Made by a program: the position numbers and the translations under genes. From NCBI GenBank assembly GCA_040384725.1, contig JAZKIS010000002.1, forward strand, positions 7,682 through 71,681: 64,000 bases of DNA. The letters run 5' to 3'. This stretch comes from Patescibacteria group bacterium (GTDB taxonomy: Bacteria > Patescibacteriota > Minisyncoccia > Phycocordibacterales > Phycocordibacteraceae). The notes below the pieces were generated by a model. That model saw only the letters and a program-made list of their open reading frames with translations, was not told the origin of the DNA and did not search any database. Position 1 is the first letter of the stretch. The number at the start of each line of letters is the position of its first letter. Positions 39,151 through 48,520 of the stretch are shown one piece after another.

Positions 39151-39197
39151 TTAGGCCACGTGCGGCTTTATGAAGTTCGTGGTATAATCACGAACTT

Positions 39198-41000
39198 ATG
39201 ACGCCTCCTGTAGAAACGACAAAGATACCGAGACGCTCGATGCCGGTTATCCGTGACTATTTTACGGCCGCGAAGAAGTATCCGTGGCTTTTGATACTGG
39301 TATTCGTCGGCAGCTTCATCATTGAGTTGGCGAGCATCATCTCCCCGCTCTTCATAAAGCAGTTCATCGATCGCATCTCTGCGGGCGATATCTCTGATGC
39401 GGTCGTGATGGGGCTCTTCGGCGTTCTTGTAATGTATGGAGGCTCAGCACTCCTCGGATGGACGGGACGCCGCATACAGATGCTCTCGCTTATGTACCTT
39501 GAGGCGAAGGTCATGGTTGACCTGTATAACCGCGCATTCGCGTACCTCATCGGCCATTCGCATGACTTCTTCTCGAAGAACTTCGCCGGGTCCCTGCAGA
39601 GGCGCGTGAGTCGCTATGCGCAGTCCTTCGAGTCGGTTATCGACATCTTCACGTTCAACTTCTTCTCAACGGCTGTATTCGCCGTGGGTGTCGTTATCGT
39701 ACTCATCCAACGAAATGTCTATATCGGCCTCGGCATCCTCGGCTGGACGATTGTCTTCATCTGGATACAGATCCTCATGACCAAGTGGCGCCAGCCGCTT
39801 CGAGTTGCGCGCGCCGCAGAGGAAAGCAACGTTACGGGCGTGCTTTCTGATTCCGTGAGCAACCAGTCCACCATTAGCCTCTTTGCCGCAGACACGCACG
39901 AGCGCGGCATTCTCGGAGACGCGCTCACTAAGTGGTACAAGGCCACGATGAAGTCGTGGACGGCTGACGTGTGGATCATGGCCATACAAGGCATCCTCGC
40001 TATCGCTATCGAGCTCGCGCTCCTTGGCGGAGCGGTACTCCTCTGGCAGGAGGGCCTTATTACGGTCGGAGACTTCGTGCTCATCCAGGTATACATCCTC
40101 GGCCTTATTGACCGCGTGTGGGGCATCGGCGGGTCCATGCGTCGCATGTTCACCGCGTTCGCCGATGCGAACGAGATGATCGAGATCTTCGATACGCCGC
40201 ACTCGGTCATGGACGCTCCTGATGCTCGTCCGCTTATCGTTGATAAGGGGCAGATCAGCCTTGAGAAGGTGTCGTTCGGGTTCAGCGAGGAGCGCGTTAT
40301 CCTCTCTGACTTCAATCTGGTTGTCGCACCTGGCGAGAAGATAGCGCTCGTAGGGCCGTCCGGAGCCGGCAAGTCCACGGTTACGAAACTCCTTCTGCGC
40401 ATGTATGACGTAACGTCGGGAAGCATTCGCGTAGACGGACAGAATATCGCAGAGGTTACGCAGACGAGCTTGCGCGATGCCATCTCATTCGTTCCGCAGG
40501 AGCCCATCCTCTTCCATCGCTCGCTACGAGACAATATCCGCTACGGGCGTCCCGAGGCTACCGACGACGAGGTTATCGACGCTGCAAAGAAGGCGCACTG
40601 CCATGAGTTTATCGAGAGCCTTAAGGAAGGCTATGAGACTCATGTTGGGGAGCGGGGCGTGAAGCTCTCTGGGGGCGAGCGTCAGCGTGTCGCTATCGCG
40701 CGTGCCATCCTTAAGAACGCACCGGTTCTCATTCTGGACGAGGCGACGTCTGCGCTCGATTCCGAATCGGAAGCCCTCATCCAGGATGCACTACGCGTTC
40801 TCATGCAAGGGAAGACGGTTATCGTTATCGCGCACCGGCTCTCAACCATCATGACTATGGATCGCATTATCGTTATCGAAGGCGGGAAGATCGCTGCCGA
40901 AGGAACTCATGACGAGCTCGTGACGCACAAGGGAGGCCTATACCAGAAGCTCTGGAGTATTCAGGCTGGAGGGTTTCTCGACGATAGCAAGTCTCTGTAG
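39198..41000 (+). CDS. ABC exporter, fused permease and ATPase
   Basis: TM domain plus GPSGAGKST, LSGGERQR, ILDEATSALD. Confidence 0.95.
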   Translation: MTPPVETTKIPRRSMPVIRDYFTAAKKYPWLLILVFVGSFIIELASIISPLFIKQFIDRISAGDISDAVVMGLFGVLVMYGGSALLGWTGRRIQMLSLMYLEAKVMVDLYNRAFAYLIGHSHDFFSKNFAGSLQRRVSRYAQSFESVIDIFTFNFFSTAVFAVGVVIVLIQRNVYIGLGILGWTIVFIWIQILMTKWRQPLRVARAAEESNVTGVLSDSVSNQSTISLFAADTHERGILGDALTKWYKATMKSWTADVWIMAIQGILAIAIELALLGGAVLLWQEGLITVGDFVLIQVYILGLIDRVWGIGGSMRRMFTAFADANEMIEIFDTPHSVMDAPDARPLIVDKGQISLEKVSFGFSEERVILSDFNLVVAPGEKIALVGPSGAGKSTVTKLLLRMYDVTSGSIRVDGQNIAEVTQTSLRDAISFVPQEPILFHRSLRDNIRYGRPEATDDEVIDAAKKAHCHEFIESLKEGYETHVGERGVKLSGGERQRVAIARAILKNAPVLILDEATSALDSESEALIQDALRVLMQGKTVIVIAHRLSTIMTMDRIIVIEGGKIAAEGTHDELVTHKGGLYQKLWSIQAGGFLDDSKSL

Positions 41001-41028
41001 AGTTGCTCCGTGATACGATATTCACACC

Positions 41029-42492
41029 ATGTCAGCATTCGATGAGATACGCGCTGAGAAGCTTCGCAAACTGTCGCTCCTTGAAGCGGCAGGCAAGAAT
41101 CCGTATCCGAACAATTCCCGCCGCACCCATGAGATCGGTCAGATCTTAGGAGGCTTCAGCGTGCTAGAAACTGAAGGCGGCAGCCTTGTAGCTGACGGCA
41201 GGATCCGTTCCATCCGTACCCACGGCGGCTCATCTTTCATCGATATCGATGATGGGACAGAAAAGATGCAGCTCTTCCTTAAGAAGGATGAGATCGGCGA
41301 GGAAGCATTCACGCTCTTTATCGACACCATTGATGTCGGGGACTTCGTCGAAGCAACGGGCGTACCTATGCGCACTAAGAGCGGGCAAGAGAGCCTGCTT
41401 GTCTCTGACTGGCGCATACTCTCGAAGGCCCTTCGTCCGATTCCAGACGAATGGTACGGATTCTCTGACGAGGACGAGCGGTTCCGGCGCCGGTATCTCG
41501 ACATGCTCCTTAACAAGGAGGTGCTCGAGAACGCAAAGAAGCGCTCGGTCTTCTGGAACGCGTTCCGTACGTACCTCCTTACGCGCGAATTCGTAGAGGT
41601 AGAGACTCCCGTGCTCGAGAACACAACGGGAGGTGCTGAGGCACGCCCTTTCATAACGCATCATAATGCGCTCAATATCGACGTATTCCTCCGTATCTCG
41701 GCAGGAGAGCTCTGGCAGAAGATGCTGCTCGTTGGAGGGCTTCCGAAGACCTTCGAGATAGGTCGCATCTTTAGGAACGAGGGAATGTCGAGAGAGCATC
41801 TCCAGGATTACACGCAGCTCGAGTTCTACCAGGCCTATTCGGATTACGAGGAGGGCATGCGCATGGTTACGGATATGTACCGTTTCGTTGCGCAGGAGAC
41901 CTTCGGCACCCTTGCGTTCACTATCGGCGAACACGAGGTTGATCTCGGGAAGGAATGGGAGGTCTATGACTTCTGTGAGGTTCTTAAGAAAGAGTACGGC
42001 CTGGATCCCCTTACCGCCACCTTAGATGAGGTAAAGGCTGCACTCAAGGATGCTGGGATCGAGAAGGATGCTGACTCTATGAGCATCGGGCGCGGCGTCG
42101 ATCTCCTCTGGAAGCGCATCCGGAAGGGTATTGCAGGTCCCGGATTCCTCATCGGCGTACCGGTATATCTCGAACCGCTCGCGAAGAGGAGCGAGAAGAA
42201 CGGGGAGGTTGTAGAGCGATTCCAGGTGCTTCTTGCAGGAAGCGAGATGGGCAAGGGCTTCTCTGAACTCAACAACCCGATTGATCAGAAAGACCGCTTC
42301 CTCGCGCAGCAGGCGCTTCGGGACGCCGGGGACGACGAGGCGCAGATGGCCGACATGGACTTCGTCGAGGCGCTCGAGTACGGCATGCCGCCCGCGTTCG
42401 GATTCGGGGTATCCGAGAGACTCTTCAGCTTCCTCATGAATAAGGATGTGCGGGAGACGCAGCTGTTTCCGCTGATGCGGCCAAGGGATTAA
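41029..42492 (+). CDS. lysS: Lysine--tRNA ligase, class II
   Basis: GGAEARPFITHHN, FEIGRIFRNEG, LEYGMPP. Confidence 0.97.
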   Translation: MSAFDEIRAEKLRKLSLLEAAGKNPYPNNSRRTHEIGQILGGFSVLETEGGSLVADGRIRSIRTHGGSSFIDIDDGTEKMQLFLKKDEIGEEAFTLFIDTIDVGDFVEATGVPMRTKSGQESLLVSDWRILSKALRPIPDEWYGFSDEDERFRRRYLDMLLNKEVLENAKKRSVFWNAFRTYLLTREFVEVETPVLENTTGGAEARPFITHHNALNIDVFLRISAGELWQKMLLVGGLPKTFEIGRIFRNEGMSREHLQDYTQLEFYQAYSDYEEGMRMVTDMYRFVAQETFGTLAFTIGEHEVDLGKEWEVYDFCEVLKKEYGLDPLTATLDEVKAALKDAGIEKDADSMSIGRGVDLLWKRIRKGIAGPGFLIGVPVYLEPLAKRSEKNGEVVERFQVLLAGSEMGKGFSELNNPIDQKDRFLAQQALRDAGDDEAQMADMDFVEALEYGMPPAFGFGVSERLFSFLMNKDVRETQLFPLMRPRD

Positions 42493-42502
42493 CTTGTGTA
42501 AG

Positions 42503-43036
42503 CTATTGCTTACTGGCACGTACTTTTGCTGCAAACTCTGCAATCTCCTCTTGCGACATCAAGGTGATTGAGAGATTCTCGGCGGCCTGCATTATCTTCT
42601 TATCGGCCTCATCCTTTTCACTGAGGTCTGCAACGACTATCTCGAGTTCTGCATGATACTTCCAGTCCTCGCTCCACTTGAGCGCAATTTCTACCTCTCC
42701 ATACTTAAAATTAGTTCTCTTCTGCGTACCCGCTATGATCTGCTGAGGCTCGCTGATGGCATGGCATATTGATCGCATGGTCTCATACTGATCTGCAGGA
42801 AAGGGCACTTCGAACTCCTGAAAAGACGAGCCTTCTCCGAGCGCGTTCAGCTTGAGGGAGAGTACACCCGTGTTCTTTGAAAGATTGTTAACTACTTTCA
42901 AGAGCTTATCGGGGAAGATGATATATTCTACTTCTTTATCATCTTGGCCGATCAGTGTCCCTTCCTGTGTCAGCTTTTCGAGGAGAGCAGTATAGCTATC
43001 CTCGGTTAACAGCGTGCGGTGTTCTATCTCGTACAT
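42503..43036 (-). CDS. CYTH / triphosphate tunnel metalloenzyme
   Basis: N-terminal YEIEHR (ExExK-like); KRTNF; ELEI. Confidence 0.75.
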   Translation of the reverse strand: MYEIEHRTLLTEDSYTALLEKLTQEGTLIGQDDKEVEYIIFPDKLLKVVNNLSKNTGVLSLKLNALGEGSSFQEFEVPFPADQYETMRSICHAISEPQQIIAGTQKRTNFKYGEVEIALKWSEDWKYHAELEIVVADLSEKDEADKKIMQAAENLSITLMSQEEIAEFAAKVRASKQ

Positions 43037-43039
43037 ACG

Positions 43040-44296
43040 CTAGATAGTAGCATTCGACTTCCTACACACGACAGCGTTAACCCTATGTGAATCGTCTCCG
43101 GCGCGCGCAATAACTTCAAAGCCTTCTTTTTTTAGGTTCTGGACCATGCGCCCATAGGTCATATATGCCTTGCGCCTTCGCTGTCTTGCCTCATCGGGCT
43201 CAAAGTGGGTGATGAAATCGAATATGAAGAGACCGTTGTTTTTGAGGACACGGGAGTGTTCCTTGATGAAAAGATTTACGTACGCCTTCCCGACATGAGA
43301 AATGAGGACACCCCGGGAACAGACGAGATTGAAATACTCATCCTCATAAGGAAGATCGAGACTATTTGCGAGGATGTAGTGCCTCATCGATGAGTCTTTA
43401 TCGGCGTGCTCGAGCATTCGAGGAGAGATATCCACCGCCACTACCTGATAGCCCTTGGTATTAAGCTGCTTTGCAATTACGCCAGTCCCACAACCGGAAT
43501 CTAATGCGAGCTCAGAGTTACCGCTCTTAGTATCTGGCACCTGCGCTTCTATAAAATCAAGGAAACGTGAATATCCATCCTCGATATTCACGTAATGAGA
43601 CGGGTCCTTAATCACAGTGTCCCAGGTTTCAGCTTCTTTATCCCAGTTATCTCTTACTTCGCTGGCTTTGAAATAGCTTGATTCCTTCAGACGCTTTATG
43701 GCGTCAGTGATCTTTGGCAGGTCCGCATCATAGAGCTGCGCACTGAGGATGAACGCGGTCACCTGACCCCTTGAAATTTGCAGCGAACGAGCTATCTCTG
43801 CATGGACAGCAGAGAGCTCTACCATGTCGGGTATGAACTTCTTTGCAAGGTCGCTACTCTTGAATATAACGTTCATTGAAATCTGACCGTTTCTTACAGC
43901 GAAGTTTATCTCGCTCACACATGGCTGCTTACGCGAGTTTGGATCAGCAAGGATTATCGTCGCTGACCTAGTCAGTGGCTCTGCCTGCAGCCTCTCGATC
44001 ACACGCGATACCTGATCAATGCCGTTCATGGCACGCATGAGCGCATAATAGTTGCGCCCTGTTGCAGGATCTCCGGAAGGCGAGTAGATCCTGCGCATGT
44101 AGTCAAGATACTCGCTGCCGAAAAGGTCGATGTACTGGGGAGTTTCGATCTCAAATGCGTTTGCGTATGATATTTCTAGGTTGCGAATCTCGAGAAAAGG
44201 CTCGCTATCATCGACCTTGTTTCCTTGAATTGCAGTACGGATAGCCTGAAGCCAAGCACCCTCAAGGGTATTCTTAACGGCATTTGAAGATTTCAT
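43040..44296 (-). CDS. Thymidylate-synthase-like domain fused to a class I SAM methyltransferase
   Basis: DQV..VI..L..EP.TRSA...DP...PC...F.VR...FKSSD...PD...SAQLY; then LDSGCGTG, VDISPRML, LPY. Confidence 0.85.
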   Translation of the reverse strand: MKSSNAVKNTLEGAWLQAIRTAIQGNKVDDSEPFLEIRNLEISYANAFEIETPQYIDLFGSEYLDYMRRIYSPSGDPATGRNYYALMRAMNGIDQVSRVIERLQAEPLTRSATIILADPNSRKQPCVSEINFAVRNGQISMNVIFKSSDLAKKFIPDMVELSAVHAEIARSLQISRGQVTAFILSAQLYDADLPKITDAIKRLKESSYFKASEVRDNWDKEAETWDTVIKDPSHYVNIEDGYSRFLDFIEAQVPDTKSGNSELALDSGCGTGVIAKQLNTKGYQVVAVDISPRMLEHADKDSSMRHYILANSLDLPYEDEYFNLVCSRGVLISHVGKAYVNLFIKEHSRVLKNNGLFIFDFITHFEPDEARQRRRKAYMTYGRMVQNLKKEGFEVIARAGDDSHRVNAVVCRKSNATI

Positions 44297-44298
44297 GC

Positions 44299-44913
44299 TT
44301 AGCTATGGTCTAGGTACTTTCGGTACTGCTTATCCTCGTCGCGCATATGGCGGAGGATAAGGTTACGAATAAATTCGGACCTATTAATTTTATACGTGAA
44401 GCTTGCCCAATCCAAATAGTTTTCTATCTCCTTTGTGAGTACGATATTGAACTTCACGACCGGCCTTGCACCGTTGTTATTCAGGAAGTCATTGAGAATA
44501 TCCGCGAGGTTGGAATCGTCATACTCGACCACCTTGAGGAGAGGAGAGGTTAGGCCTGCAAGGAAGGAGTCCTTCGGCTTGCCGCCTTTCTTTGGACCTG
44601 GAGCCTTCTTAACGAGGAAGAGGGTAGGCTTATTCTTCGAAAGCCCGAGCGTAACCTGATGTCCAACACTAAAGCTCGTAACCGTTCCTTCGATTATGAC
44701 CACATCTGAGGCGAGAATGGAGGCGACGACGCTGTTGTAAACCTCTTCGCGATCAAGAGTACTGACCGCCTTCTGCTCTACAAGCTTGATTGCTTCTTCG
44801 AGCCAATCACGACTGATACTATGCCCCATCTCCTTAATAAGGGAGCATATCTGCCTATAGTCATCCTTGTAGGTTTCCAGCTCGGAAGTTGAGCAGGCGA
44901 AGTGGACTTTCAT
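44299..44913 (-). CDS. Nucleoside 2-deoxyribosyltransferase-like domain plus C-terminal ribbon-helix-helix
   Basis: SDVVIIEGT..SFSVGHQV..GLSKNKPTLFL; KFNIVLTKEIENYLDW...NRSEFIRNLI. Confidence 0.75.
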   Translation of the reverse strand: MKVHFACSTSELETYKDDYRQICSLIKEMGHSISRDWLEEAIKLVEQKAVSTLDREEVYNSVVASILASDVVIIEGTVTSFSVGHQVTLGLSKNKPTLFLVKKAPGPKKGGKPKDSFLAGLTSPLLKVVEYDDSNLADILNDFLNNNGARPVVKFNIVLTKEIENYLDWASFTYKINRSEFIRNLILRHMRDEDKQYRKYLDHS

Positions 44914-44987
44914 GCTGTTTTTATAACACAAGTGTGTATCATATGCAATATTGTGTATATATGTAAGTGTGTATACCATACATACTT
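44914..44987. promoter_or_regulatory. Divergent promoter region with TGTGTAT repeats (putative RHH operator)
   Basis: TGTGTAT at 44933, 44952 and 44968; ACACA-AG-TGTGT palindrome at 44926-44937. Confidence 0.6.
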
Positions 44988-46502
44988 ATGAACCTTAAAG
45001 GCAGACGTAGGGTTACTGGCCGCAAAAACCTAGGAACTGGGGAGGCAGTAGCTGTCCTTATGGTCGGGTTTGGCCCGCACGCACAGCGTATCCATTTCCC
45101 AGCCATTCAAAAGAATGGAGCAGAATTCAATGCATACGTAGCTGCGATCGTTGAGCTTCAGTCAAAGGAGGAGGATGTACGGTCGTATATAGCAGGCCTG
45201 TCATTAGCAGTGGAGCCAGAGCTTCTGTTTCTACCAGATAGCCAGGCAGGGTCTGAACTTAGTCAAGCATTCAGAAGTAAGCTCGACCTTTATGTACAGA
45301 CTTTGGGTATCTCTGCAGTTATCATTGCTACCGAGCCTCTCGCGCACATTCCGTATGCACGCTGGGCACTTAAGAAAGGTCTTCATGTTCTCATGGACAA
45401 ACCGATCTCGACGAAGAAGAATGCGTCTTGTGATATAGCCGCTGCACGCGAAATAGCTAAAGATTATGATGACTTGCTCGCACTTCTTAAGCGCTCTAGG
45501 CTTCAGAACCCTTCCTTAGTGTTTGATCTTGTTGCGCAGCGCAGATTCCATCCTGCCTTTTTACTGCTGCAGAGTCTTGTGACAGAAGTAGCGGAGCGGA
45601 CAGGCATGCCCATATCATCAGTGTCGTCGGTCCATAGTGACGGACAATGGCGCATGCCTGATGAGATTATTGATATCGACTACCATTCCTACAACCAGGG
45701 ATACGGGAAGTGTTCCCATTCCGGATATCATTCACTCGACATACTCTCTTGGCTCATTGAGACGACCACACCGGATTCGAAAAGGCCCGATGCGATAGAT
45801 GTTTTCAGCAACTTCATGCGCCCGCAATCGTTCTACAAGCAGCTAACACGAAATGATTATCAGAAAATATTTCCTGACTACAGCTCAGTCTCTGTAAGGT
45901 CTGATAGGAAGCTGCAAACTAAGTTCACGGGCATGGGGGAGATCGATGCTCTCCTCTCACTAACCTTCAAGAAGAAAGGAGTACCGATGACGTTAGCATC
46001 CATAAGCCTCCTCCATAACGGCACTTCACAACGCGGATGGGTTAATTCTAAAGATAGAGACCTCTACAAGGGAAACGGCAGAATTCGTCATGAATCCCAC
46101 TACATCGTTCAAGGGCCTTTTCAGGCAATATCCTTTGTCTCGTACCAGAGCAAGGAATACGGCCAGTCGCGGAATGATATATACGGCATGGGAGGGGAGC
46201 ACCACCTCGATGTGCATGTATTCAGGAATGACTCGCTATTTCCTGACTGGGAGGCCCGGAGAACGTATACGTTCAAAGATATCTCCGCAGTAGAGAGTGG
46301 CGGTGCATCACAAGGCCATCAGGAGGATGCCAGACGCCTGTGCATCAAGAATTTCTTTGAGCAGGTGCACACCGGAAATCTAAACTCGAACTCCTCCCTT
46401 GAAGATCACCGCACGTCTGCACATCTGCTTAGTGCAGTATATGAATCAGCATGCAAGAGGCTGGGGACTGAGAACCCCTTGGTTACCTTACAAACTGTAT
46501 AG
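44988..46502 (+). CDS. Gfo/Idh/MocA-family NAD(P)-dependent oxidoreductase
   Basis: VGFGPHA Rossmann loop, IATEPLAH, HVLMDKP, QRRFHP, HSGYH.LD. Confidence 0.85.
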   Translation: MNLKGRRRVTGRKNLGTGEAVAVLMVGFGPHAQRIHFPAIQKNGAEFNAYVAAIVELQSKEEDVRSYIAGLSLAVEPELLFLPDSQAGSELSQAFRSKLDLYVQTLGISAVIIATEPLAHIPYARWALKKGLHVLMDKPISTKKNASCDIAAAREIAKDYDDLLALLKRSRLQNPSLVFDLVAQRRFHPAFLLLQSLVTEVAERTGMPISSVSSVHSDGQWRMPDEIIDIDYHSYNQGYGKCSHSGYHSLDILSWLIETTTPDSKRPDAIDVFSNFMRPQSFYKQLTRNDYQKIFPDYSSVSVRSDRKLQTKFTGMGEIDALLSLTFKKKGVPMTLASISLLHNGTSQRGWVNSKDRDLYKGNGRIRHESHYIVQGPFQAISFVSYQSKEYGQSRNDIYGMGGEHHLDVHVFRNDSLFPDWEARRTYTFKDISAVESGGASQGHQEDARRLCIKNFFEQVHTGNLNSNSSLEDHRTSAHLLSAVYESACKRLGTENPLVTLQTV

Positions 46503-46559
46503 CCTGGCAACTACTATGTAACTTCGCCAGGCAACAGCATCAAAAGAAAGGAGGAGACG

Positions 46560-47276
46560 ATGATCTTTACAGTTGGATTTGAAGGCGTAAACCGCACAGG
46601 AAAAGGGACTCAGATTGGTCTGCTCCGCACTAAGCTGGAGCTCCAATCGATCCCCACACTCGTACTACGGGGTAATGGATCGCGCGAAGCACAGGGAAGT
46701 CACAAAGGTGATCCGCTCTCTGCTTGGTGGGATAAGGCTAACGACCTCCGGGATGAGATGTTTGACGCAGGGTGGTGGGTGCGCGCGAGCGTTAGGCTCG
46801 CGCGTGAATACCTGGCATGGCGCGAGTATATCTTTCCGCGCTTTCTCGAGCGCACTGGTAACACCGACGGGATTATCCTAGTGGACAGGACTGTCCTATC
46901 TGCGTTCATGTTGCTACTTGAAAATGGCGACACGGACTGGAGAAAGCTGTATCCGCCCCATGCAGGACCAAGAGGTACTGAGATCTCCGGCGAGCTAGTG
47001 TGCCCTGATCTTATCTTTAACTTCATTGCCCCAGCAGCGGCCTTGCTCCCTCGGTTAGCACCTGACGATCCGAAGCATGACTTCAGAAAGGGGCTGATCG
47101 AGCGGAACGCTGGTAAGTACGCCATAGCGTCCGCACTAGTACCCCCTGATGTGCGCCGCAGAATCCATGAGTTGGACGCTTCGCTCACTGAGGAAGTCTT
47201 GCATGAAAGCATCGTGGCAACCCTTGGGTGCTATGCACCAAAACGTATTGGAGACGCGCTTCATGCGAATCCATAA
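46560..47276 (+). CDS. Thymidylate-kinase-like (d)NMP kinase
   Basis: FEGVNRTGKGTQ P-loop, ILVDR, PDLIF; SD AGGAGG. Confidence 0.8.
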   Translation: MIFTVGFEGVNRTGKGTQIGLLRTKLELQSIPTLVLRGNGSREAQGSHKGDPLSAWWDKANDLRDEMFDAGWWVRASVRLAREYLAWREYIFPRFLERTGNTDGIILVDRTVLSAFMLLLENGDTDWRKLYPPHAGPRGTEISGELVCPDLIFNFIAPAAALLPRLAPDDPKHDFRKGLIERNAGKYAIASALVPPDVRRRIHELDASLTEEVLHESIVATLGCYAPKRIGDALHANP

Positions 47277-47280
47277 CAAC

Positions 47281-47315
47281 TTTCACCCTCCGAAGAGTAT
47301 CGGAGGGTGAACTTT
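47281..47315 (+). terminator. Intrinsic terminator
   Basis: TTCACCCTCCGA-AGAGTA-TCGGAGGGTGAA. Confidence 0.8.
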
Positions 47316-47338
47316 AGAAATCGTGATAACTTGATTAT

Positions 47339-47908
47339 ATGAATGAATACGAGGTAAAGCTCACTGGCCTAGACAAGGCATCTGTAAGAGAAGTGCTCGC
47401 GCGAACCGGCACACTAGAGAACGCGGAGCATGTACAGCACAATCTCGCCTATCACCTTCCCCCAGGAAGGGAGATCGAGGGAGGATGGCTTCGCATCAGG
47501 AACGAGAACGGATGCATAGCGATGAGCCTTAAGATAATCGCGAGCGACCGCATAGAGGATCAATTCGAATACCGTCTTGTAGCGAGCAGCATGGAAGAAG
47601 CGAGAGGGTTCCTTGAGCTCATGGGCGCTACACAGAAAGCCGAACAGGAAAAGAAAAGGGAAATATGGCGTGTGGACGATTGTGAAGTGGTAATAGATGA
47701 GTGGCCATTCCTCGAAGCGTATCTCGAAGTTGAAGGGCCTTCAGAAGCATCGGTTAAGGCTGTAACGGAGAAGCTTGGTTTTGATTACGCATCAGCACGT
47801 GTCTGCTCAGCCTCACGGCTCTATACTGAAAAGTACGGTGTACCGGAGAAGACAGTAAACGACGAGACTCCTATTCTTATATTTGGGATGGATAATCCCT
47901 TCACCTAG
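47339..47908 (+). CDS. CYTH / class IV adenylate-cyclase-like protein
   Basis: EYEVKL, WLRIR, QEKKREIW, IDEWP, LEVEG. Confidence 0.88.
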   Translation: MNEYEVKLTGLDKASVREVLARTGTLENAEHVQHNLAYHLPPGREIEGGWLRIRNENGCIAMSLKIIASDRIEDQFEYRLVASSMEEARGFLELMGATQKAEQEKKREIWRVDDCEVVIDEWPFLEAYLEVEGPSEASVKAVTEKLGFDYASARVCSASRLYTEKYGVPEKTVNDETPILIFGMDNPFT

Positions 47909-48015
47909 ACTGGTTAGATACTTTGGTTTAACGATATTGACTATTCTAATAAAAGAAGTATCGTAAATCCACGTTAGCGAAAGCATGGTGCTAACAACAT
48001 AGAGAGGAGAGGTAC

Positions 48016-48357
48016 ATGCGTAAGATTGTTCTTGCCGCTTTAATCGGTTCGGCTCTGATGTCTTCGAGCGCAGAAGCGTCTGGACGAAACGGAAGGATTG
48101 AACGGCTTCGCGTAGAAATCGAGCAGTGCCTTGCACGTCAGGAGCACTGTGAAGGCGCGTATCTCCGGGTTCGTGGGGAACGCGGGACCATGCCTTTCCT
48201 GAGAGTATCCAGGGAGGCAGGGGCCGGAAGCATTTCGTTCGACGAGCTCGGGGATCTGTACGAGAATCGTCCGCTTCTAAGGGACGTAGGAATCGGCCTG
48301 GTTTTCAGGAACGAACCGTCCTGGATCCAGATTCACGAGTCCGTAACAAGACAGTGA
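48016..48357 (+). CDS. Accessory secreted hypothetical protein
   Basis: TTGACT-16-TATCGT promoter at 47937-47964, SD AGGAG, signal peptide. Confidence 0.7.
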   Translation: MRKIVLAALIGSALMSSSAEASGRNGRIERLRVEIEQCLARQEHCEGAYLRVRGERGTMPFLRVSREAGAGSISFDELGDLYENRPLLRDVGIGLVFRNEPSWIQIHESVTRQ

Positions 48358-48382
48358 CGCAAATTGCGAAGAAACTAGGTAT

Positions 48383-48420
48383 GAGGGCGGTCTTGGAATC
48401 TCCAGGCCGCCCTTCTTCTA
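48383..48420 (+). terminator. Intrinsic terminator of the shared cassette-end family
   Basis: GAGGGCGGTCTTGGA...TCCAGGCCGCCCTT. Confidence 0.75.
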
Positions 48421-48520
48421 CAACCAGTAGACCGAGCGAAGGACTTGCAATTTATAATGATTGTGCTATAGTTTTATAGCCGTAATGGGTGCGCCATTAC
48501 ATGAACCTTAGGAGGGCCGC

